The notes beneath the pieces were generated by a model. It had not been told where the DNA came from. It worked only from the letters and a program-made list of their open reading frames with translations, and searched no databases. The translations under genes and the position numbers were made by a program. Of a DNA stretch of 64,000 bases, positions 50,901 through 60,690 are shown one piece after another. The stretch is from contig NC_047062.1 in NCBI RefSeq assembly GCF_902459465.1, positions 4,154,001-4,218,000 of the forward strand. Direction: 5' to 3'. The first letter of the stretch is position 1. Every line of letters starts with the position of its first letter. Source of the DNA: Asterias rubens. Lineage: Eukaryota.

Positions 50901-51774
50901 AGCCAGACACAAGCCGCGTTGCATTGTGGCAAGATGGGGGAACGACGGCGCATGCGCTGTGAAGCATTTCTGACAAAATATCAATTTTAAATTGCCTTAT
51001 AATCAAAATGCTCCACATCGCTCCACCAAACTGAATATACGAACGGACAAAGGAAACCATCACGTACATGATCCCCTAATTGAGCTTCTGGGAAAGGTCG
51101 GGAAAAGCCCCTAAAATCACACAAATATGAACCCATATTTCTCACAATATTTCCTTTGTCAAGAGAGACAAATATCCCCATTTCTTGCCACAGAAAAATC
51201 GGATTGCGACGATCAAACCATCAAAAGATTCAGCTCTTTTTGTAGAATTACATGGAAAACATGGCGCACGTAAACACCCTAAACACCCTAAACACAGCTA
51301 CGTTGGTGTGTTCGAATTTAGTAACTCCAGTGTAATATAGTAATATCAGAGCTCGATTCTCGCTGTGTGAAGCGCGGCAAGAGACATGTGATTAAAGATT
51401 GGTTTGTAACAATGGTTTGTGAATACCCTGGCGGGCCGTTCGAACTCCTTCTCTTCCTTCCTCCATGGTATATTACCGCAAACTGATTATGTATTGATAT
51501 TTCATCATGCTCACCTTCGAATTTCAACATAATTTCAATTCAGGCAGCTAATTCTCCAATATTATTCATTCACAATTTGTCTACAGGGTTTAACGTCTAC
51601 AGCGCATTGAAGCACGAAACATTGGTCTTAACAGTAGATGCCTTGGAGTTCCTTGAAGACAGATTGCTATACTTCACTCGATGTTACAGAAAGAAAGACA
51701 TCACAGACAACCGGAAGATTATGTTGACACAGCTGAAGAAATCGCAACCCTCAACAAAAATCATTCAAAATTAA
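41924..51774 (+). CDS. MRPL4: Mitochondrial ribosomal protein L4 (uL4m), 9 coding exons, ~337 aa
   Basis: Exons 41924-42010, 43815-43902, 44839-45022, 46793-46844, 47648-47765, 48362-48519, 49514-49572, 50405-50484 and 51587-51774 (1014 nt, phases match). Motifs [58 protein letters not shown] and [15 protein letters not shown]. The two N-terminal exons are less certain. Confidence 0.92.
42711..43596. mobile_element. Modular foldback element with tandem-repeat TIRs
   Basis: ACTA|TGTTGG..CCAACA|ACTA. The arms are built of 19-bp and ~32-bp CGATCG-rich units in opposite orientations around a unique core at ~43085-43245. Confidence 0.8.
44342..44703 (+). mobile_element. Family A variant MITE (AGGGAAGGTACAC terminus)
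   Basis: TTAA|AGGGAAGGTACACGTTTGG with a family A-like body; the same terminus occurs at 1514. Confidence 0.7.
45298..45665 (+). mobile_element. tRNA-derived SINE carrying an internal 13-bp array
   Basis: TGGCCGAGCGATCAAG..GGTTTGAG, then the array, then the 3' body seen at 35889. Confidence 0.75.
45374..45516 (+). repeat. Perfect minisatellite (GAGTACCAGTCTT)x11
   Basis: 143 bp = 11 identical 13-mers, counted directly. Confidence 0.95.
45735..46100. mobile_element. TTAA-flanked Kolobok-like MITE (fourth family)
   Basis: TTAA|AGGAACACGTTGCCTTGGATCGGTCGAG..CTCGACCGATCCAAGGCAACGTGTTCCC|TTAA. Confidence 0.8.
46287..46568. mobile_element. hAT-like MITE
   Basis: CAGGGGTCGAAA..TTTCGACCCCTG TIRs; 8-bp flanks GTCAGTGA/GTCACTAA (6/8 identical). 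Confidence 0.7.
47923..48300 (+). mobile_element. Family A Kolobok-like MITE (MRPL4 intron 5)
   Basis: TTAA on both sides; family A TIRs. Confidence 0.8.
48870..49218 (+). mobile_element. 5'-truncated L2/CR1-clade LINE (ORF2 C-terminus, 3' UTR and tail)
   Basis: Translates as [42 protein letters not shown], the typical L2/CR1 RT C-terminus; ends in AAAGCGCATAGGG..TTATTATTA. Confidence 0.85.
49743..49950 (+). mobile_element. Second tRNA-headed SINE-like repeat (left copy of an inverted pair)
   Basis: A box TAGTCTAGTTGG, B box GGTTTGAATCC, followed by a ~130-bp non-tRNA body. Confidence 0.7.
50014..50187 (-). mobile_element. Second tRNA-headed SINE-like repeat (right, inverted, 5'-truncated copy)
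   Basis: Reverse complement of 49771-49950. Confidence 0.75.
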
Positions 51775-52028
51775 TAGCCTGCTTGTCTATCATTCTTTTA
51801 CATGGAACAGCTTTATTTTTTTCTTTTGTTAAAAAACCTATGCAACCGAACAGAGGTAGTTTGCTAGTATTTTTAAGACGGAAACATTTCTGGAGAGTTT
51901 GGAAAAAAGTGAGCGGTCAGGTTGAATCTGATCCGTTTTTTTATATTCAACTAATCATTGTGATTTTAACATCAGGCCAGTGAATGCACAACCAGACAAG
52001 ACCAATAGTCTTGTGTGTGTTTTCAATT

Positions 52029-52494
52029 AAGGGAATCAATGTGTGGTGAAGAGGTTTTCAACTAGTGGTTTAATCCCAACAAAACCACTAGTTGAAAACC
52101 GATTCAACACTTTGATTCCAATTCATAAATACTGTTCGGTCAAAAAAAACAACACTTTTTGGTCAAAAAGTAAAATAAATGCAAAAATTGTAATTCTTCA
52201 ATGATTTCTTTCAACACAACACCCCTCCAGCTATGAAATGGTAAAGCCCTCCGCCGCCCTCGGGTAAACAACTCCTTAAAAGGGAATGCTGTGCGCGTCG
52301 CGCGATGTGGCACAACTGTTTCAGCCAATGCTCTCGACCAATAGGAATGAAGAAACTGTCTTATAAGAACAGGTGCAAGCTCGCGTGTCACGCCCATGCT
52401 TCAGCACTTTTTACTGGTCATAAACAAAGGGTTATACACACCCACGCGCTCTCCACCAATAGGAATAGTGAAACTGTCTGAGGTATTTATGAAT
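52029..52494 (+). mobile_element. Composite interspersed repeat (copy 2, hairpin centre deleted)
   Basis: Same sequence as 35277-35811 but lacking the GAGGCCTGG..CCAGGCCTC core. Confidence 0.7.
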
Positions 52495-52769
52495 GAAGTT
52501 TTAATGACTCTGTCCTTGCTGTGTCGTAGAGTTAAACATGATAAAACAATATTTTCAAAAAGTGACTTTGACTCTGGTAAATATCTTTCAATCATGACAA
52601 ATCTTCTTTTATAGTGCTTGTTCCAATAAAAGAATCAAACAGAACTGTTCCTATAATTCTTGCAAGTTGGCGAATTCCACATGCGCAGCATTTATGGTGT
52701 AAGTTGTGCCATAAACTTTGCGAAAGTAGACTTACGCAGTTGTGTAAAGTTTCTTGCAATTAGCTGCCG

Positions 52770-53008
52770 GGCTCAATTTCATAGAGCTGCTAAGCACAAA
52801 AATTTGCTTAGCATGAAATTTCTTCCTTGATAAAAACAGGATTACCAACCAAATTTTCAATTTTGCATATTGTTTGTTACTGGTATTCAGCTGTTGTTTG
52901 CTTATCCTGCAAATCATGTGAAAATTTGGTTGGTAATCCTGTTTTTATCAAGGAAGAAATTTCATGCTAAGCAAATTTTTGTGCTTAGCATCTCTATGAA
53001 ATTGGGCC
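52770..53008. mobile_element. Palindromic MITE (CWG-target family)
   Basis: CCG|GGCTCAA..TTGGGCC|CTG; near-perfect foldback. Confidence 0.8.
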
Positions 53009-53588
53009 CTGGTCTGGTAATAACATTTTAAGCTACAAGGCCTGCAGTCTTGTGGAATTAACCCCTATAGTTTACCCCAGCATGCAAACGTGTATCGTAT
53101 CAAGCTAAACCTACACCTCGATGACTTGAACCATCAGAGCTCCAGTCTGGTGCACTAAAACCCCGTTAGCTATTGGATTGAATTGTGCTAGAAAATGTGG
53201 GGAGAACTCGGACAGAAGGAAATACTAAAGTTGAGACACAGTACACTTTATAAAAATATTGGCTGCAGATTATTTTAATGGCAATCATTCCAAAAATAAA
53301 TTTATATTAGAAAAAAAATTACACAAACTGAAAACCAAGCAAGCTGATATACAAGTATTACTTTTATTAAATCCATTTTACCGATTTTATTATAAAAACA
53401 AAAGTCATTGTGAATAATTGTTTGTAAGAGCGCTTTATACATGTAAATGCCTTTGTAGTATAGTATAGGACCATTACAATGTTCTGCCATGTGATATGAC
53501 TTCTATCGTATTTTGTTTTCCTCAAAATGTTGTTCCCCAAAATTAGGCTTAGGTTCTCACAGGGGCGGTTACCAGAAAAATTGCTTAA

Positions 53589-53760
53589 AGGCAGTGCACA
53601 ATTTCATTAATTGCCAAAGACAAGTATCCTCACTTGTTGTATCCCAACATATGCATACAAATACAAACCTTCCAAAATTGAGGCACAATTATTCATCAAA
53701 GTTGCAAGAAAATAACGAAAGACAATATACCCTTGTTGCATAGAATTGTGTGCTTTCAAT
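53589..53760 (-). mobile_element. Degenerate family A MITE fragment
   Basis: TTAA|AGGCAGTG followed by the reverse complement of the family A 3' body. Confidence 0.55.
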
Positions 53761-55286
53761 GCCTTAGAAAGCCTTCACTACTGATTCAAAAGTTTCTTGT
53801 TTCTCACAATGTTACAGAACATTAACAGCTCTCAAGTGCTCTTTACCATATCATTTGTCGATTGTCATTTTCTTAAATGTGAGATTTACCAAATGGAAAC
53901 ATTTCTTATTATTAATTTATATTGCAAAATCTACATAACTAGAGAGCTAAGCATTTTTAAATGAAATTGTCACCAATGATGTAAAGATTGCGCACTGATT
54001 TTGATTTGGATAATGAAGAAGGCGGGGCTCTCATAGACTGGATGATTCCACGGTTGCACTATCTGTTTTTATCTGAAGACGTCCAAACCAAGCTATGGTC
54101 ACAGTGAAAGAGAATAAAAAGTAAATGAAAATGATTGTTAATTGTATGTGTTTTGTTGAGTATTATATCTGTATCTGTGTATCTGTTGGATACTTCAATC
54201 AAACTCCACCAAGGGATATATAGTTGCAGGCGCATGGTGGCTAGCTGTACAATAATTACATTTATATAGAGTTGAAGACATTTGCACCCTTTGGAATCTA
54301 CTGAAGTAGCATCCCTGACATCTGTGAGTTTCACTCGGTTGTTCTTAAAGCCACATACTCTATCGTGCATTCTGTTGCTACCTTGGCAAAACTTGTTCTG
54401 TTTGGTAATGGCACGCCAAATTTGTGCAATACACAGGATCACTAACTTGACAACATTTTACAAGGACAGTGGATAATAAGTGCTATGCTGTCTGATGCAG
54501 TAGTTTTTGCTAGTACGGTCGTACCTTCATAACACTTCTATTTTTGATTTGTGTGATAAATACAAAGAAAGAGGCGGAATTATGAGGAGAAAGAAACAGT
54601 TAAGAGGGCAGAGAGATGGAGACTAGTAAATAAGGTTCTGAGTGTAAAAAAAACACTAGGTGCAGCTGGACCAATGATTTGGAACAATTTGGGAATCTGT
54701 TAGTATATCTCTATTTCGTTACGCTCTAAAGTCTCACATCTATGTTAATTTTTGTTTTAGTGTTTAGATATTTATTTCAATATTGGCAACAACAAACAAA
54801 AGCATCAAATGCTATTCAAGCGATATACAGTCTACAGAATTGAAACATAATTATAACATGGCTAAAGATACTCCGTTAAGTTATTACCAACATGCAGGGA
54901 AAATTTGAAGCATAGTGCTTTTTTAAAATTTACCCTGGGAAAGGGTGCGCTATGATCTAAATGGAATAGTGCCAAGTAAATTTTAATTGTGATGTTGATG
55001 TTAGTAAGGAAGACTCTTTATGTGAGGTCTCAAAAGGATGCGCCTTGTAAAAAATTGAAAGCTTACGCCACTGAAAATTCATCCACTGGACCTATAAGAC
55101 CTGCAGCTGATTTCATGAAACCTTACGCAACTGCGTTGGTTTTAAAGTAACATAGCACAGATTGAATAGCGGAAAAGACGTAAATTATGTAAAGAGACAG
55201 AGAACAGATCTTTCAGCACATTGTTCTAGAGAGGTTGTGTTTTGAGCAAACCTTTAAAGCAAGAGCTGTGATGAGTGGGTGAGACG

Positions 55287-58200
55287 TTATGTATCACCAT
55301 GAACTGAGGCTTCTTTACCTTCCCCTGATGCTCCGGATGGACTGTATCTTGCGCTTCCCTTCTGAAGATCTCGAACCCACCTTTAAAGTGAAGGTATCAG
55401 ATTGGTAATCACTCTTAACATTAATGGCAGTTAATAACTATTGGTTAAAAGCCTACAGCAGCTTTTGACAAAGTTGACATTGAGTTAACCATAGTGCGCA
55501 CTCGAACATGCTCAATGTTATATCTTGATTTGAAAATTTGTTTGGGGTGTTGAGAGTAACTTACAACATCAACAGCATTGGTATGATCAATAAAACGGCC
55601 ATGACGATGAAGACGAAACCGCCACCGACGATATCCTTGGTGTTGCTGTACAGTGCATTGAACAGCGCTGATGAGAGGAACGTTGTCATGGTTTCCATGG
55701 CTCCAGTTAGGGAAAACATTCCACCTAGAATTGGGACGACAACATTCAAAAGTGATTCAATAGTATCTTAGAGAGCAAGAATTTCGCCAGGGAATTTCTT
55801 GGCTCTGGTCTGATTCTGCAACTAATAAGAAGTGCCAAAGCAGGCCTGGAATTTTATTTTTCAAAAGGGTGAGGCCATTTTCATTTTGCAAAAGGCACTT
55901 CCATTGGAAAATCTTTAAGGCAATAAAGGGGCATCAAGGCCAAGACCATGGGCGACAGAGGCCATGGACTCTGTGGCCTGCATGTAATTCTAGGCCTGCC
56001 CAAAGGAACAATAGATGCATCACGACTGAGGCATCAAGATTTATGTAATTCAAATTGGACGGCACTGTGTGCACATTTGTACAGCTCACTGCATTTTGTA
56101 TCTGTATTTTTGTTGTTGAATATACAGTGTTTTTCAAGTTTACTTTTCTGATTATTAATTTGATTGAAGCTTTCCCTGCGATGCCTTTTTTCAGTTCTGA
56201 TTCACTGGGCCTTTTAAAGGCAGTGGACACTATTGGTATGTTACTCAAAATAATTATTAGCATAAAACCTTACTTGGTAACGAGTAACAGGGAGAGGTAT
56301 ACAACACTGTGAGAACTGGCTCCCTCTGAAGTGGTGTAGTTTTCGAGAAAGAAATAATTTTCCGCAAATTTGATTTCGAGACCTCAGATTTAGAATTTGA
56401 GGTCTCGAAATCAAGCATCCGAAAGCACACAACTTTTTGTGACAAGGGTGTTTTTTCTTTCATTATTATATCACAACTTCGACGACCGATTGAGCTCAAA
56501 TTTTCACAGGTTTGTTATTTTATGTATATGTTGAGATACACTAAGTGAGAAGATAAGTCTTTGACAATTACCAAAAGTGTCCAGTGTCTTTAAGTGTAAA
56601 TTTTGTCTTTATTCCAACTGAAAAGAGAACACAGTGAAATAAAAAACACCCTTATCACACAAAGTTGTGTGCTTTCAGATGCTTGATTTCGAGAAATCTA
56701 AACCTCAAAATCTACTTCTGAGGTCTCAAAATCAAATACCTGGAAAATTACTTCTGTCTCCAAAACTACATTACTTCAGAGGGAGCCATTCTCGCAATGT
56801 TTTATTCTATCAACAGCTCCCTATTACTCCTTACCAAGTAAGGTTGTATGCTAATAATTATTTTGAGTAATTACCAGTGTCCACTGCCTTTAACTTACCT
56901 TGTTCATTGGTGCCAACATTCTTGGAGAGAAGGGATCTTGTAATGGCTGCTGGGATACCAGCCGGTGCGTACAGAATGGTCACTAAAGATGAACAAAAAA
57001 CAAATGTTATAAAAGATAAGATGTTATATAGATAAACCGTTAATAAGAATTCAATGCCCGATTGGGCTTTAAAAGTTTCATAGGTTTTGTTATTTCCTGT
57101 TTGACATCTACCAATGTAACAGCTGTGCTTTAACCCCCACCCCCCAAATAAGAATTTTGTTTACAAATAAAATAACAACACAACAACAACACTCCCCCCC
57201 CCAAGAACAACACCCCCCCAAAAAAAATAAAACCCACAACACCACCAAAATCCAATGCTGTCATGTGACTATACCTCAGACTGTAATGAATAAGTACATG
57301 ATGGTGGTTACTTACATCTTACCCCAAAAGAACACAACCTAAAAAACAGAAAAAATTCTTGTAAACATTTCCAATGCTCTCCGAGAAATCTAAAAGAACT
57401 TACTCAAGAAAACCGTTGTAGTGTCTCTAGCGAAGGCGATCATGATCATAGAACCACTGCGGAACAGGAAAGCAACGATGGCTATGACTGTGTCATGCAG
57501 CGGGGTCAATCTCAGTAGAGGCATCCCAATCATTAGCGTCAAAGCAGCTACACCACTCTTAAGTCCCTGATAAAAACCTAAAGGATTTCATAACGACATC
57601 GAGAGGAGAGTCAATACTAAAATAACTTGATTCAAGATCTTAGAAAATAAGTTGAAATGATGGAATTGCAACAGTGGTGGATTAAGAGTTAGGATGAGTA
57701 ACTTAGGACTTAAGTTTCTAATATCTCCAAGGACAAGTCATAAGTTTAGCGCTTTGTGAAATCGACCCCTGGAGTTTTAAGCTTCAAGGAGCTTACATAG
57801 GAGAACAGTTTCAATAGTGGATACAAAAAAAAAATTTTTTTTTATCTGTGAACAAACCACCGGTACTGCATCTTTTCTGTCACCAGGAATACATGAAAAA
57901 TATAGTTTTGGGACTGAACTCCACACTCTGCTGATTTAGAAACACTAGAGCTTGAGTCCAGTGCGCTTGACCACTCGGCCATGACACACCCTGTCAATCA
58001 AAAGTGGTCAATTCCATGTATGACATACTTACCAACTGTTGAAGCATCAAAACCCAAGGGTGCTTTCTTGATGAACAATATGATGGTATCTCCGAATCCT
58101 TTGATGTAGAGATAAATAATGGAAACAATGTCAGTGTCACTATAGACTTTTCTTATAAACAAAACACAGATTTTTGAAAGGGCAAATCAGAAAACAGACC

Positions 58201-60060
58201 TAAAGGCAGTGGACACTATTTGTAACTACTCAAAATAATTATTATCATAAAACCTTTCTTGATTACAAGTAATGGGGAGAGGTTGATAGTATAAAACATT
58301 GTGAGAAATAGATCCCTCTGAAGTGAGGTAAGTTTCGAGAAAGAAGTAACTTTCCACGAATTTGATTTCGACACCTCAGATTTAGAATTTGAGGTCTCGA
58401 AATCAAGCATGTGAAAGCACACATCTTCGTGTGACCATGGTGCGACAAGGGTGTTTTTTTCTTTCATTAATATCTCACAACTTCGACGACCGATTGAGCA
58501 CAAGTTTTCAAAGTTTTGTTATTTTATGCATGTTGAGATACACCGAGTGAGAAGACTGGTCTTTGACAATTACCAATAGTGTCCATTGTCTTTAAAGTAA
58601 GAAGAATTGAATACATGTATGTCTGTTATACTTTGCGCACATTTACAATATTTCACTTACTCTCTCTGAAGTGAAAATGTACTCAAACTAACCACTTGAA
58701 AACATTTTAAATGCATTTGATTTACATTTTATATTAGACTGTGATTTCACTTCACAATGAGTTTAAAAGAATTTTATGCATAGTACAGTTGGGACATTTT
58801 GACGGTGTAATAACCATTGAAAGATTAACTTTTGACGCATATTGAAACTATAGATATTTCCAAATTGCCTTTACTGATTGAACAATGCCGACAGTAAAAT
58901 CAACTTAAATTACATAAAATAACAAATAAAATGATAAAAGCTGACAGTCCAAAACATTTTTTTTTTAAATCCAAAATTTGAACCTTCCTTTTCATGAAAA
59001 TGTGAGCCCGATGCTAAACCTCAAGTAGTTACTAATAATAATAATTATAATAATAATAATAAGACTTGTAATGCGCACATATCCACCCTGCTGGGTGTTC
59101 AAGGCGCAGTAATCAGTTACCTTCTCCAACAAGCTGCAGAATGAATAGACAGAATATCAACAGAACAATCTGTAGCCTCCCATAGTGTTCTCTTTTCTTG
59201 GTGAGAACTCTCAGTGCACTCTTCACATTCTCAAAGCGTACCAGCTCCTGGCAGATACCCTTTTGCGTATTATCTGGTCTTCCTAGCTCAGTCTCTACCT
59301 GACTGTCAATGTCATCAACGAGCACCCGACTATCGAGAGCACTGACTGCAGCCGTGCTGGACTCCCGTAGCCACAACACCGTGTAGAGAACTACAGCCAG
59401 GTTACAAGCGATGTAATAACCAAAGACTGCAATGTAGCCGACATGGTCTATGACGACACCACCGGTTATATGCCCGATGAAGCTACCAACAAACGTCATG
59501 GCTTCAAGGATTCCAAATCTCATAGTTCTGTTGTCTGCATTTGTCACGTCGCCTAGGTAGCTGAAAACAGCCGTGGTGAGGGTAGGGTAACTACCCGACA
59601 ATCCCATGAGAACGGTTGCCAATACAATATACCACGGCGATGATAATGTATACGTGGCAGAGAATATCATGACGATACCATTCATGATGGATCCAATAGT
59701 GGGAAGAATGATAGTGACTCGTCTCCCAACTCGATCGGACCACGCACCGAAAAACAGGGTACTTACAATTGACGACACAGTCAAGAACGCATTTATAATG
59801 ATCAGCCAGTTCGACACCGCCGTTTGTGTGTACTTTTCCATGTCTTTATGATGGGTGAGATTTTGACAGGCTGCGGTATTGTTGTACTCAATCTGGCAGA
59901 GTTTGAGATACATCAGCTGTATGAGGGCGCTGTACTGAAGGAAACTGCCCAACATGTAAAACAGCATGACTGGCTCGACTGTTAGATTCTGGCGGGTTTG
60001 GCGGCAGAACCACAAGATGGCATTGCCCACTTTTCGTGGGCAGGATGTAACATCTACCAT
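55287..60060 (-). CDS. SLC46 / proton-coupled folate transporter-like MFS protein, 6 coding exons, ~505 aa
   Basis: Exons 60060-59121, 58098-58033, 57577-57404, 56982-56899, 55724-55565 and 55380-55287 (1518 nt, phases match). Motifs TVEPVMLFYM, FFGAWSDRVGRRVTIILP, VFSYLGDVT..RTMRFGILEAM and RSLLSKNVGTNEQGGMFS. Acceptor of the first coding exon at 60082; probable non-coding upstream exon ending at about 60898. Confidence 0.88.
56218..56589 (+). mobile_element. Family A Kolobok-like MITE (SLC46 intron 4)
   Basis: TTAA on both sides; family A TIRs. Confidence 0.8.
56642..56889 (-). mobile_element. Truncated family A MITE, inverted relative to its neighbour
   Basis: Reverse complement of the family A 5' ~250 bp; ends GTGTCCACTGCCT|TTAA. 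Confidence 0.8.
57912..57992 (-). mobile_element. tRNA-derived SINE head
   Basis: Reverse complement of GTGTCATGGCCGAGTGGTCAAGCGCACTGGACTCAAGC. Confidence 0.65.
58204..58591 (+). mobile_element. Family A Kolobok-like MITE (SLC46 intron 1)
   Basis: Family A TIRs; TTAA at the 3' end. Confidence 0.8.
59040..59110 (-). mobile_element. LINE/SINE 3' tail remnant
   Basis: - strand GCGCCTTGAACACCC..GTGCGCATTACAAGTC followed by (TTA)n. Confidence 0.55.
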
Positions 60061-60537
60061 GATGAAGGTGCTCAGTTGTACCTGGGTTAGACAGAGAGAA
60101 AAAAAATGTACATTCGTAAGAACAAAATTATCCACCATGACTGTGCAATTTATGCTAGTTAGACGTCTATGGAGACCCAGTAACTGGGGCGCTGTAGTGT
60201 ACTCCTTTTTTTAATTTGTCACTATCGGTTGTACTACGTGTAGCTAGAACTAGTAGTTGTACGACCGATAATGATCACATTTCGAAAAAAGGAGTACATC
60301 ACCCTAGTGGTGTAGTTTAAACACTAGGGTCTATACCTCTACTCTACTAAAATAAGAAGACAAAAACCACTGGACATGCTGGAGTTCAATTCAAGTCAGA
60401 ATTCAAGTCCTTTTTAACAAAAAAGCAATTGCCACCTTATTATATGTAATAAAACAATCCAAACAAATGGGCAAACAACCTAAATACTTGAAAGAGACAC
60501 CAACAATCATGACCATAGCCACCGAATCTGCCCATAG

Positions 60538-60690
60538 CCCGGTTCATACTTCCTGCGAATGCGATACAAATTTTGACGACACAATTCGCAATAAATAATT
60601 CGCAGCAGTTCAACTTTGTTCAACTCACTTGCGAATATCGCTGCGAAATTTATGTCTAATTCGCTTCGTATTCGCATTCGCAGGAAGGCT
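60538..60690. mobile_element. Short MITE
   Basis: CTTCCTGCGAATGCG..CGCATTCGCAGGAAG inverted termini; one end is degraded. Confidence 0.55.

Noticed and set aside
58099-58145. Longer SLC46 exon 2 starting at the CTATAG acceptor (~58140)
   Set aside because: It is phase-incompatible with the GAAG|GT donor at 59121; only the acceptor at 58099 keeps the frame.
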